Shown here: positions 30,985 through 41,477 of the stretch, one piece after another
Layout of the letters: each line of letters starts with the position of its first letter
Position numbering within the stretch: position 1 is the stretch's first letter
NCBI RefSeq assembly: GCF_001194135.2
Contig: NC_068987.1
Coordinates: 2,761,806 to 2,803,282, forward strand
Direction: 5' to 3'
Length of the DNA stretch: 41,477 bases
Source of the DNA: Octopus bimaculoides
Taxonomy: Eukaryota
Translations under genes and position numbers: made by a program
The notes under the pieces: generated by a model
Seen by the model: the letters and a program-made list of their open reading frames with translations, nothing else
Databases searched by the model: none
What the model was told of the DNA's origin: nothing

Positions 30985-32330
30985 TTTTATACACCTCTGC
31001 CGTTCTGTTTATCATCGACTAGCTCCCAGACTTCTGTGTCAGTTAATTCTCGCTCAGAAGCGAGCCTCCGCCACACCCTGATGACATTTTGGTGTAACTC
31101 TTGAAAACCGTTTCCTAGGAATGTTCTTGCTCTGATCAGAATTCCAGTCGTGTAATCCATTTTAAACCCAGCGAAGCATGGAGTTGTGTCAAGTAATAAC
31201 CTGCGCCATCCACTCAAAAGACACGCTTGGTTTAGGGTCTGTTAAGCTTTGCTAATGAAGCGACCACCGTGTAGAATGTTGAATTGTTTCCAATATTACT
31301 GTATAGTTAGTTTTTCATCGTCCACCAATGCCTTGTGTATATCTCCAAAGGTTAGGTCAAGATAGAGAAACTTCATGGTGGCCGTCACTTCCTGGTCTTT
31401 GCGCTGCAAGTGAGGTAGTGTTTGGTGATAAATCACTTTGATTTCATTTTGGAGGACATTTAAGTTTGTAGGATTGCTAGAACAATTGTCTAACGCATTC
31501 TTTTAGGCATAATATTCATTCACTTCAGCAGTAAAGTGGGTCATAAACCAATCTTCAACTATTACTTCAGTCATCCACCCATTTTTATTAGCATACCTTA
31601 ACACAAGGAGAATTGACGTGTTAATGATCTTGAAGGGACGAGGCCAAGTAGAACGCTGTACAAGCAGTGGTTTAGCCTTAAAACTTCCGGTTGCATTACC
31701 ACAGGACAGTAAAGGCACCTAGACCTTTGCCTCTTTAAAGCCTGGCATCTTAGCCTCCTCTTCGACTACGTCGCTTTTCTAGGCATCTTTTTCCGATAAA
31801 GGGCTGTTTTATCTGCGTCAAAAACTTGCTACGATAAATATCCACCCTCGTTCAACACTTTACAAAAGAAAACGTCAAGCAGCCGCCGTATCTTCTGATG
31901 TTGCTTCACTGGAAACAAGTTTTCTGGCTAAATTATATCTAATAATAAATCTCCGTACCCATCTACGTCTATCCTGAAAAGTATACTTGTCCTTGTCAGT
32001 AACATCACTAGGCTCAACCAAGCTCTTATATATTTGCTTAGCACGATTCTGAATGCGTTTTGTTAACACAGAACTCCACTTCCTGTGACAGTCCTGCTTC
32101 TACAAATAAACCCCACTTTTTCCATGCGTTGAATAAAAGCATCTTTATGTACTCTGAGTATTCGATCCACAGGGCAGCATCCATCAATGACATCCGCACA
32201 CACTTTGAAAATAGAACGAATAGTAGATTCGTTGACACCAAACGCACAACCCTCAGCAGCGAAGCCTCCGCTGTGACGTATTTTCTTGATCCTCTCTACT
32301 TTTTTCCCGTAAAGAGTTCACTCGTTTGTA
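30985..32330 (-). pseudogene. Tigger/pogo-family DDE transposase pseudogene
   Basis: HTH FGVNESTIRSIFK; CENP-B-type RRWVRRFIIRYNL...SEATSED; VFDADKT, LLSCGNATGSFKAKPLLV, ANKNGWMT, LDNC, PNTTSL/DQEV; C-terminal FAGF...ELTD.EV.EL. Multiple stops and frameshifts. Confidence 0.92.
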
Positions 32331-32537
32331 TTGTTTGTTAGGATCAGGCGCCTTCCTATTCTTTCTGTTCACTGGTGAGCGACGAGAGAGTAAAGTAGGA
32401 AGAGGGAGAGAGAGGGAGAACAGATAGAAAACGGCGAAGGGGAGAAAAAAAAAAAGAATTAGAGAAAGGATGAGAGGGGAAAAAAACGAAAGGGAGAGAA
32501 GGGGAAGAAAAAAAAAAAANNNNNNNNNNCTTTCAAA

Positions 32538-32705
32538 GAGACCAGCCTTGTCACACTGTGTCACGCTGAATATCCCCGAGAACTACGTTCAGGGTACACG
32601 TGTCTGTGGAGTGTTCAGCCACTTGCACGTTAATTTCACGAGCAGGCTGTTCCGTTGATCGGATCAACTGGAACCCTCGATATCGTCGGAACCGACGGAG
32701 TACTG
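32538..32705 (+). mobile_element. SINE family C, 3' part
   Basis: CACGTGTCTGTGGAGTGTTCAGCCACTTGCACGTTAATTTCACGAGCAGGCTGTTCCGTTGATCGGATCAACTGGAACCCTCG. Confidence 0.85.
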
Positions 32706-32738
32706 TCCTTTCTCTTAAACTTCTTGTGGGAAAAGTAG

Positions 32739-32803
32739 CTTCGGTTTACGAACATTTCGGGTGACAAACAACCTTTGGGTACAAATTCAGTTCGTAAACC
32801 GAA

Positions 32804-32804
<1 letters not shown>
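32739..32804. repeat. 15-bp perfect inverted repeat (possible DNA-transposon subterminal remnant)
   Basis: CTTCGGTTTACGAAC (32739-32753) and GTTCGTAAACCGAAG (32790-32804). Confidence 0.6.
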
Positions 32805-32805
<1 letters not shown>

Positions 32806-32848
<43 letters not shown>

Positions 32849-32921
32849 TGTCTCTGTCTCTCTCTCTCTCTGTCTCTGTCTCTCTCTCTCTCTCTTTCTC
32901 TATCTCTCTCTCCTCTCTCTC

Positions 32922-32952
<31 letters not shown>

Positions 32953-33040
32953 TCTGTCTGTCTCTCTCTCTCTCTTTCTTTCTCTCTCTCTCTCCTCTCT
33001 CTCCTCTCTCTCTCTCTCTTTCTCTCCCCCTTCTCTCTCC
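32806..33040. repeat. (CT)n/(CTGT) microsatellite
   Basis: Direct; explains the poly-ER and poly-SL ORFs. Confidence 0.95.
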
Positions 33041-33057
33041 ATATATATATATCCTTT

Positions 33058-33230
33058 TATCTTTTACTTGTTTCAGTTAGTAGACTGAGGCCATGCTGGG
33101 GCACCGTCATCAGGAATTTTAGTTGAACTAAGCGACCCTAGTTCTTTTGAAGCCTGATACTTATTCTATCGGTGTCTTTTGCCGAACCGCATCGGTGGTG
33201 GAGGACAAACACAAACACGAAAAAACATAC
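33058..33230 (-). mobile_element. SINE family B, 3' part
   Basis: TTTTACTTGTTTCAGTTAGTAGACTGAGGCCATGCTGGGGCACCG...TTTTGCCGAACCGC. Confidence 0.8.
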
Positions 33231-33254
33231 ACACATACATACATACACACATAC

Positions 33255-33484
33255 ATGATGGCTGCTCCCTCGTTATCTTGTATGGCTATTGTACAAGGCT
33301 GGACTGTTATAGGTGCTGAGATCGAATGTGACTTTTTATCCCAGCTAAAGATCTACAATGTCTTGTACAGAATTGGCAGCTAAAACCTTTACCGGCAATA
33401 GCCGGCTGTAATTGCAATTGGGCTTCATGTACTTTTGCAATGTCGTTTAAGTCCTCTCGCCGAATCACACTCCTTTCCATATGT
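33255..33484 (-). pseudogene. RTE-clade LINE 3' end with C2H2-like knuckle
   Basis: KGFSCQFCTRHCRSLAGIKSHIRSQH matches RTE C-terminal F.C..C.R.C.S..GL.SH.R.H; sits between two halves of a family B SINE. Confidence 0.7.
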
Positions 33485-33580
33485 CCGAGGCTACAGTAGA
33501 AAACACTTGCCCAAGGTACCATGTAGTGGGACTGAATCCAGAACCATGTGGTTGAGAAGCAAGCTCATTACCACACAGCC
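33485..33580 (-). mobile_element. SINE family B head
   Basis: CCGAGGCTACAGTAGAAAACACTTGCCCAAGG...CCACACAGCC. Confidence 0.8.
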
Positions 33581-33881
33581 AGGGAAATAAGAGACGGACA
33601 GATGGACAAAGTGAGAACAGGAAGGTAAAAATTCCAAAAGTGATGGACAAAATGCCAACAGAGCAAAAAATTAACAAGAAAAACAATAGAAGTTGTGCAG
33701 TATGTATGTATGAAAAGAGGAAAAAGACATTTCGTGATCAACTCTTTATGAAAATGAAGTAAGAAGCAAGATAAAACAAACAAGAAATAGAATGATTTGA
33801 AGTACGTGTGCAATCTTTTGTTGCAGGTCATATATATGTACATACATACAAACACACACACACACACACATCTATATATTC

Positions 33882-34039
33882 TTTTATTATTTTATTTGTT
33901 TCAGTCATTTGACTGCGGCCATGCTGGAGCACCGCCTTTTTAGTTGAACAAGTCGACCCCAGGACTTATTCTTTGTAAGCCTAGTATTTATTCTATCGGT
34001 TTCTTTTGCCGAACCGCTAAGTTACAGGGATGTAAACAC
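33882..34039 (-). mobile_element. SINE family B, 3' part ending at a gap (CpG-intact)
   Basis: GACTGCGGCCATGCTGGAGCACCGCC...GTCGACCCC...GCCGAACCGCTAAG. Confidence 0.88.
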
Positions 34040-34667
34040 NNNNNNNNNNNNNNNNNNNNNNNNNNNNNNNNNNNNNNNNNNNNNNNNNNNNNNNNNNNNN
34101 NNNNNNNNNNNNNNNNNNNNNNNNNNNNNNNNNNNNNNNNNNNNNNNNNNNNNNNNNNNNNNNNNNNNNNNNNNNNNNNNNNNNNNNNNNNNNNNNNNNN
34201 NNNNNNNNNNNNNNNNNNNNNNNNNNNNNNNNNNNNNNNNNNNNNNNNNNNNNNNNNNNNNNNNNNNNNNNNNNNNNNNNNNNNNNNNNNNNNNNNNNNN
34301 NNNNNNNNNNNNNNNNNNNNNNNNNNNNNNNNNNNNNNNNNNNNNNNNNNNNNNNNNNNNNNNNNNNNNNNNNNNNNNNNNNNNNNNNNNNNNNNNNNNN
34401 NNNNNNNNNNNNNNNNNNNNNNNNNNNNNNNNNNNNNNNNNNNNNNNNNNNNNNNNNNNNNNNNNNNNNNNNNNNNNNNNNNNNNNNNNNNNNNNNNNNN
34501 NNNNNNNNNNNNNNNNNNNNNNNNGTGTATGCATGATGCATGTGTTGAGTTTGTGTGCCTCTGTGTGTGTGTGTGTGTGTGTGTGCGCGCACGTGTGTAT
34601 GCATGTATGTATATATGTATTGTGTGTGTGTGCCTGCGCGCGCGTGTATGCATGTATGAATATATGT

Positions 34668-34707
<40 letters not shown>

Positions 34708-34904
34708 CGCGCGTGATGTATACGAAGCCGATAAGTTTCGACATGCTGAAATGCAGTAAGGACTACCACCACCACCACCAATACTACTACGACTACCACA
34801 ACCACAGTCACTCTATCACCATCACCACCACCATCGTCGTGATCACCACCACCACCACATACCCGTCCCCTATTGCTGCCACCATATTGCATGATGTTCC
34901 ATAC

Positions 34905-35028
34905 CCCATGACAAAATGTCTTCACCAAATCCGTAAATACTGTAGACATTGCTGCTAAATATTTCACTAACAACATCCAGAAAATGTTTAAAATTCCCGC
35001 TGCTGCATGTTTTGATGTCCTTTAGGGG
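34905..35028 (-). CDS. Candidate internal exon
   Basis: Acceptor GTAACCCCTATATCAG and donor G|GTATGG; PLKDIKTCSSGNFKHFLDVVSEIFSSNVYSIYGFGEDILSW. A second minus frame is also open; the in-register plus frames are closed. Confidence 0.25.
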
Positions 35029-35395
35029 CTGATATAGGGGTTACAATTCTAGGTTAGAGTAGGGACCAACTGCAGAGTGTTCTAGAGGAAGAGGAGGATA
35101 ATGCGGTAGATGTGGTAGCAACGTTGTGGAGCATGAGCAGAGGTGTGGGAGGAGTGGGATACAGAGGTGTATATATGCATAGACAGAGGGGGAGGATGAT
35201 CTGATGTAAGTCAATGAGAGAATGGGGTGGGTGAAGGTTAATCTATACACATGTGTATTTATACATGTATATGTGCATGTATAAATATGTGTGTGAATGT
35301 GTTTATGCATTTATATATGTGTTTGTATGTGTGTGTGTGCGCGTGTATATCATACATATATATGTATGTGTACACGCACATGAATATGCGATTGT

Positions 35396-35472
<77 letters not shown>

Positions 35473-35581
35473 NNNNNNNNNNTATATATATATATATATA
35501 TATATATACACGCACACAAGCACGCACACATATACACAGTAAGACAGAGCGAGAGAAAGAAAGAGAGAGAGAGAAAGAGAG

Positions 35582-35622
<41 letters not shown>

Positions 35623-35656
35623 AACGACAAATGTATATGCATAAACACACACAAAG

Positions 35657-35657
<1 letters not shown>

Positions 35658-35690
<33 letters not shown>

Positions 35691-35716
35691 CTAGATAGAT
35701 AGATAGATAGATGGAT
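35658..35716. repeat. (GATA)n microsatellite
   Basis: Direct. Confidence 0.95.
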
Positions 35717-35812
35717 AGTAACTATGAGAGGAGAAAAGTGTACTTTTAAAAAAACATTTAATTCCTCAACAATTGTTCCGCAACAATACCATCTACCCCA
35801 CTCTCTCACTAT

Positions 35813-35849
<37 letters not shown>

Positions 35850-36136
35850 GAGAGAGACACACACACACAGACACAGACAGGTAGACAGACAGACAGAGAG
35901 ACGGAGTGGGAGGGAGGAAGACGCTGGTAATGTTAACAGAGGTGTGAATAAGCGTATGAAGCGATCTGCAGATGCATTCAGCGTTGTCAGGTAGAATGGT
36001 GGAACAATTACGACGAACTCGGGCAGTTTCTCGTTTGCAACAAGAGAGAAGTGCTAAATAGTGATCCAGTATGGCCACAGACTTTTAACTGTAAATAGTG
36101 AAAAAGAAAAATAAGTTTCTCTCTCTTTATATAACA

Positions 36137-36178
<42 letters not shown>

Positions 36179-36320
36179 NNNNNNNNNNCACACAAACACA
36201 CACAAACACACACGTAAACATATGGTTACACACACACACACACACATTTAACGATGTGTGTATGCGTGTGTGTGTGTGTGTGTGTGTGTGTATTTAAAGA
36301 ATAACATCAATTCAACTTAC

Positions 36321-36391
36321 ACTCGTAATGAAGAGAAAATTCATTAGTTTTTGATAATTTTCTGGAGAACCAAGGGAGATAACTTCGAAAC
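36321..36391 (-). CDS. Candidate 71-nt internal exon
   Basis: Strong acceptor TTTTTATTAATTTAG and donor GT|GTAAGT; frame GFEVISLGSPENYQKLMNFLFITS, or FRSYLPWFSRKLSKTNEFSLHYE. Confidence 0.3.
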
Positions 36392-36549
36392 CTAAATTAA
36401 TAAAAATCGAATTGGTTGGCGTGGCTGCAAGATTTCCCATTCCCTGGGTTTCGAGACATTTCTGGCAGGGTGGTTGTAGTGGAATTATCAGGGTCCGCAG
36501 CTTCATCGAGACAACACATTTCTGGCAGGGCATATACTTTCCTTACTTG

Positions 36550-36778
36550 TTTTTCTAAGGCGTCGATCTGGCAGAACCGTTAGCATGATGGAAAAAATTC
36601 TTAAAGGTATTTCGTTCGTCTTGAACTCGTCTGAGTTCAAATTCCGCTAAGGTCGGCTTTACTTTTCATCCTTTCGGGGCTCTAGTGAAAGACACCTGCC
36701 CAAGGTGCCACGCCGCAGAGTTGAACCTGGAACCATGTAGTCGGGAAGCAAACTTCTTACCACACAGCCGTGCCTAAG
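36550..36778. mobile_element. SINE family D fragment (+) fused to a SINE family B head (-)
   Basis: CTGGCAGAACCGTTAGCA...GAGTTCAAATTCCGCTAAGGTCGGCTTT then CCCAAGGTGCCACGC...CTTACCACACAGCC. Confidence 0.75.
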
Positions 36779-37435
36779 CCTATCTGTGGTCTTATGATCA
36801 TAGACGTACCAGATTTGGCCATCCCGTCCTTTTGTGTATGTAAGTCTATATGGTAAAGTATGTTCTTCCTGTTTTATGATAGTAACAGCGAACCGTGTTC
36901 CGAATCAGACCCTACCATCTTAAATAACAAGTATACATTGTACCATATAGTTGTTGATATACAAAAAAGACATGGTCACCGTTGGAACTGGTTTGAGCGT
37001 TGGTCAACTTTTAGGATTGAGTTGAGGTTAAACAACAACAACAACACATTTCATTCTAGCAGTGACCAGAGCTAACTGCTAACAATTCCGATGTCTTCGA
37101 TGGACCAGACGTAGCAGCTCAGAGGGGAACTGAGAGAAAACGTGTTATAAACGATTTTCCAACTTTTCCAAAGACCACGAAGAAATTCTATTGTTCTACT
37201 CTTGGTTTCGGCCAGAGGCTGCGGCCATGCTGGAGCACCGTCATTTCTCGAGAAAAGAAATTCCCCCTCGTAGACAATATGGGTGTAAATAAACCACTAG
37301 GTCATGAATGACGTCACTGGACCGTAGGGCGCATGCATTTCTGCGTCTTTACGCTTCGTCAACAACGTATAGCGAGTCGTCGATCGTCTGGAATGGCCGG
37401 AATCACTAACCAGATGTCTGACTCGGTCTCAACGT

Positions 37436-37552
37436 GTCTCTGGTGGTTAGCAGCTCGAAATGTAAAAGACTTTCTCACTTCCCGAGCGTTAAACTAATAC
37501 ATCTGTTTGTTGTTTACACACCAAGTCTTCGTCTTTTGTTTTTTTTTAAATT

Positions 37553-37556
<4 letters not shown>
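37436..37556 (+). mobile_element. PLE family P2 terminus with degenerate HHR
   Basis: GTCT-CTGGTGG-TTAGCAGCTC-GAAATGTA-AAAGAC, then a tail ending GTCTTCGTCTTTTGTTTTTTTT; the same tail occurs at about 26905-26950. Confidence 0.45.
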
Positions 37557-37585
<29 letters not shown>

Positions 37586-38317
37586 NNNNNNNNNNNNNNN
37601 NNNNNNNNNNNNNNNNNNNNNNNNNNNNNNNNNNNNNNNNNNNNNNNNNNNNNNNNNNNNNNNNNNNNNNNNNNNNNNNNNNNNNNNNNNNNNNNNNNNN
37701 NNNNNNNNNNNNNNNNNNNNNNNNNNNNNNNNNNNNNNNNNNNNNNNNNNNNNNNNNNNNNNNNNNNNNNNNNNNNNNNNNNNNNNNNNNNNNNNNNNNN
37801 NNNNNNNNNNNNNNNNNNNNNNNNNNNNNNNNNNNNNNNNNNNNNNNNNNNNNNNNNNNNNNNNNNNNNNNNNNNNNNNNNNNNNNNNNNNNNNNNNNNN
37901 NNNNNNNNNNNNNNNNNNNNNNNNNNNNNNNNNNNNNNNNNNNNNNNNNNNNNNNNNNNNNNNNNNNNNNNNNNNNNNNNNNNNNNNNNNNNNNNNNNNN
38001 NNNNNNNNNNNNNNNNNNNNNNNNNNNNNNNNNNNNNNNNNNNNNNNNNNNNNNNNNNNNNNNNNNNNNNNNNNNNNNNNNNNNNNNNNNNNNNNNNNNN
38101 NNNNNNNNNNNNNNNNNNNNNNNNNNNNNNNNNNATTGTTGTCGTCGCTGTTGGTGGTGATGGTATAACTGTTAAACATCTTGTTGTTTGTGGTGGTGGT
38201 GGTGGTGGTGGTGGTGGTGGTGCCGCTGCTGTTAAAAACCACGATGCTGTTATAGTCACGGTTAAATGTGACGATGGAGGCGGTGTGTACTTTACTGTGG
38301 TTAATATTTTCCCTAGA

Positions 38318-38700
38318 TTAAGGCAGCGAGCTGGCAGAATCGTCAGCACGACGGGCGAAATGCTGAGCGGTATTTCGTCTGCCGTTACGTTCTGAGTTCA
38401 AATTCCACTGAGGTCGACTTTGCCTTTCATCCTTTCGGGATGTAATCGGCTTAATCCCTTTGTCCTTGTTTGTCCCCTCCATGTTTAGGCCCTTGTGGGC
38501 AATAAAGAAATAAGAAACGTTAGCACGCCGGGCGAAATGGTTAGCGGTATTTATGTTCTGAGTTCAAATTCCGCCAAGGTCGACTTTGTCTTTCATTCTT
38601 TCAGGGTCGATAAAATAAGTACCAGCTGCGTACTGAGGTCGATGGAATAGACTTAGCCCCACTCCTGAAATTGCTGGTCTTGTGCCAAAATTTGAAACCA
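38318..38700 (+). mobile_element. Two tandem SINE family D copies (CpG-intact)
   Basis: AAGGCAGCGAGCTGGCAGAATCGTCAGCACGACGGGCGAAATGCTGAGCGG... and GTTAGCACGCCGGGCGAAATGG.... Confidence 0.88.
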
Positions 38701-38759
38701 ATGTTCTCCGTAGACTTTGAACCAAGAGATGTAAACTCTGGTTCGTAATAAATGTTTCT

Positions 38760-38960
38760 GATTTAGGCAGAATGCCAGCTATTTTGAGGGGAAAGGGTTT
38801 AGGCGATGCCATCGACCTCACTATTTCTCTGGTACTTTATTTTATCGATCCTTGAGAGATGAAAAGCGAAGTCAAACTCTTATGAATTTGACTCAGAGAG
38901 TCGAAAGATATTCCGCGAGGCATTTCTTCAGACGCTTTAACGATTCGGCCAAACTCGTAT
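38760..38960 (-). mobile_element. SINE family D, inverted relative to 38318-38700
   Basis: CTGGTACTTTATTTTATCGATCC...ATTTGACTCAGAG...TTTAACGATTCGGCCA. Confidence 0.75.
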
Positions 38961-40368
38961 TTCAGTGAGACAAAATGACACACAGTGGAATGAAATGAAA
39001 TTTCAGTATTTAACTTGTACCGATTGTATCGAACGACGGAAAGATAGAAAAATAAAAGTTGTCTCCGGAGAGATTTTAACTCAGAACTTCGAGACATTTT
39101 GTTCGGCGGCTGGAACAGAAAATCACCGGAGACGTGACACGAACGGTTAACTACGGCTGTCTTAGCTGCATTATACATTCCTGGACAAATCAATGCACTG
39201 GGCCCTATGGGATTTACTTATTGAGAGCAAGCCACAGCATATATATAGATCGGAAATGGAACCCTAAATACACGAGGGTCCAACAAGGCAACAAGGCGTT
39301 AAGTCTCTGGGGTTTTAATCCAAAATCGTTATCGACACTGCTCTGGTGTGTAAAGAGGGTAAGAGAGAGAGAGAGAGAGAGAAGTGCAGGGAAATACACA
39401 CACACACACACACAATTCAAATATGTTTGAGGTATATCCGAACGTGTAAGGAAAACCATTCAATATATTTTGACATCGAGAAAATTTCTTGCGGGTTCGA
39501 ATATATTCTTGTGTACAGACAAGTTTGCATTTATATACATCACTTGCTCAACGCTTTTATTCCGTATTAGAGAGAGAGAGAGAGAGAGAGAGAAGTGAGA
39601 GCGGGAGTGATGGTGTGAGATGACTGAAGTGAGTGGAAGATTTCGTGTAAAGTTCCACTGTATACTGACTGGTGGGCTGGTTGGCTGGTCTGTCGGTCGG
39701 TTGGTTGGCAGCTGAGTTCGAGACACGTGGTTACTCTGTGTGTGTCGCGCATGTGTATTTGTATGCGGTGTATTGCGTGGGTGTATGATTGTATGCCTGT
39801 ATGTGTGTGAGTGTTGTGCGTTGAGGGATGACGTATGCGTGTGTTCCTCTGCCAGTCAATACGTGTGAGTGTGTGCGCGCGTGGGTTGTTTGTGTTTGTG
39901 GGTATTTTCTCTCTCCCCCCTCTCTATCTGTTTCGTTGTGTGTGTATGTGCGTGCGTGCGTATGTACATGTTTGCGTTTCTCTCTGTATGTACATGCATG
40001 TGTTCGCCAGTCTCTCTCTTTTTCTCTTTTTGCGCGCATGATTCTCCCCCACCCCTCTCCTTCCTCTTTCTCGGTTTCTCTCCCTCCGTACCTACGCGCA
40101 TGTTTCTCTCTCTCTGACAGTGCGTCTCTCTCTTTCTCCCTCCCCCCCTCTCTCTCTCTCCCCGTCACACTCTCAGGCTACAATGTCTGCCACGCAACAA
40201 CCTTAAACACATTGTGTCTCTCTTGGGAAGCACAACACGTGAAGCCAACATGGCTACCGACTCTTATTAGAAAGACATTTCTAAGCCATATTAAGACTCA
40301 AATCTTTGCTCAAGTCACTGGATTTACTCCCCACACGTCCCCGGACTCTACATCTTATATCAACTATT

Positions 40369-40422
<54 letters not shown>

Positions 40423-40972
40423 NNNNNNNNNNNNNNNNNNNNNNNNNNNNNNNNNNNNNNNNNNNNNNNNNNNNNNNNNNNNNNNNNNNNNNNNNNNNNN
40501 NNNNNNNNNNNNNNNNNNNNNNNNNNNNNNNNNNNNNNNNNNNNNNNNNNNNNNNNNNNNNNNNNNNNNNNNNNNNNNNNNNNNNNNNNNNNNNNNNNNN
40601 NNNNNNNNNNNNNNNNNNNNNNNNNNNNNNNNNNNNNNNNNNNNNNNNNNNNNNNNNNNNNNNNNNNNNNNNNNNNNNNNNNNNNNNNNNNNNNNNNNNN
40701 NNNNNNNNNNNNNNNNNNNNNNNNNNNNNNNNNNNNNNNNNNNNNNNNNNNNNNNNNNNNNNNNNNNNNNNNNNNNNNNNNNNNNNNNNNNNNNNNNNNN
40801 NNNNNNNNNNNNNNNNNNNNNNNNNNNNNNNNNNNNNNNNNNNNNNNNNNNNNNNNNNNNNNNNNNNNNNNNNNNNNNNNNNNNNNNNNNNNNNNNNNTT
40901 ATTTGACATAAGACGTTTAAATGTTTCTCTTGCTTTGCTGGTTCTATCGTTTTCTTCCTTCCCTCTCGTTTT

Positions 40973-41021
<49 letters not shown>

Positions 41022-41477
41022 TCTCCCTTCCTCTCTCTCTCTCTCTCTCTCTTTCCCTGTTTATGTACATATTTATTTATGCGCAAGAGCAGAGGGAAAG
41101 TATTTATGTCAGTTGTGTTCAATCAAATAAATAGAAATGCTTCTCTCTCTATTTCTCTCCCCCCACTTCTATCTGTATGCGTATACTTCTGCGCACGTGT
41201 GTGTGTCTGTTTGTGTGTGTGTGCATGTGTGTGAGAAAGAGAGAGAGAGAGAGTGTGTGTGTGTGTGTGTATGTATTTGTCTTCAGCACCAAAACATTCT
41301 GTCATTAAAACATGTTAATTGTCCAATCAGCCGTGTCAAATCATCAGCGCCCAAGCAACTGTGCCCAAACAGCTGCACCCAAAAAGCTGCGCCCAACTGT
41401 TTCAATTTGAACACCCCCCTCGTCTTTTACTTCTCACCTAATCCTCCCCTCCCATTAAAACACCTTCTCTCCCCTTC

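Noticed and set aside
17007-41234. Long ORFs containing runs of X (for example 23457-24401, 28817-29719, 39828-41234)
   Set aside because: They stay open only because N-gaps translate to X.
803-41305. ORFs rich in YI, VC, TH, ER, SL or homopolymer runs
   Set aside because: Translations of (TA)n, (CA)n, (GA)n and trinucleotide microsatellites.
41340-41400. Four GCGCCCAA-like repeats after a CCAAT box
   Set aside because: Could be transposon subterminal repeats, but there is no second end or ORF to support a call.

Overview
Repeat-dense animal genomic DNA from a gapped short-read assembly (11 N-gaps). It is very probably a coleoid cephalopod, most likely Octopus, judged from the SINE families and the extreme microsatellite load; this is recognised from memory, not from a search. 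There are no rRNA genes, CRISPR arrays or intact long genes, and almost every ORF in the supplied track is a microsatellite or N-gap artefact. Main contents: (i) dozens of SINE copies, labelled here A (ATG-tailed, GGAGTGGTTGGCGTTAGGAAGGGCATCCAGC core), B (head GTGGCTGTGTGGTAAGTAGCTTGCTTACC), C/G (tRNA head plus GTGTCCTTGAGCAAGACACTT), D (head GGCGAGCTGGCAGAATCGTTAGCAC) and F (tail GACCTGGGGCTAAACAACAAC); (ii) decayed CR1/L2-group and RTE LINE fragments, a decayed Tigger/pogo transposase covering all its domains, and piggyBac-type MITEs; (iii) Penelope-like element (PLE) termini from three families carrying hammerhead-ribozyme (HHR) motifs. Three of these PLE loci are inverted repeats, and one couples a PLE GIY-YIG ORF to a tRNA-like Pol III cassette followed by an HHR. 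CpG content switches from depleted to retained at about 23 kb, visible within copies of the same SINE family. Several candidate minus-strand exons of an unidentified gene are reported at low confidence.
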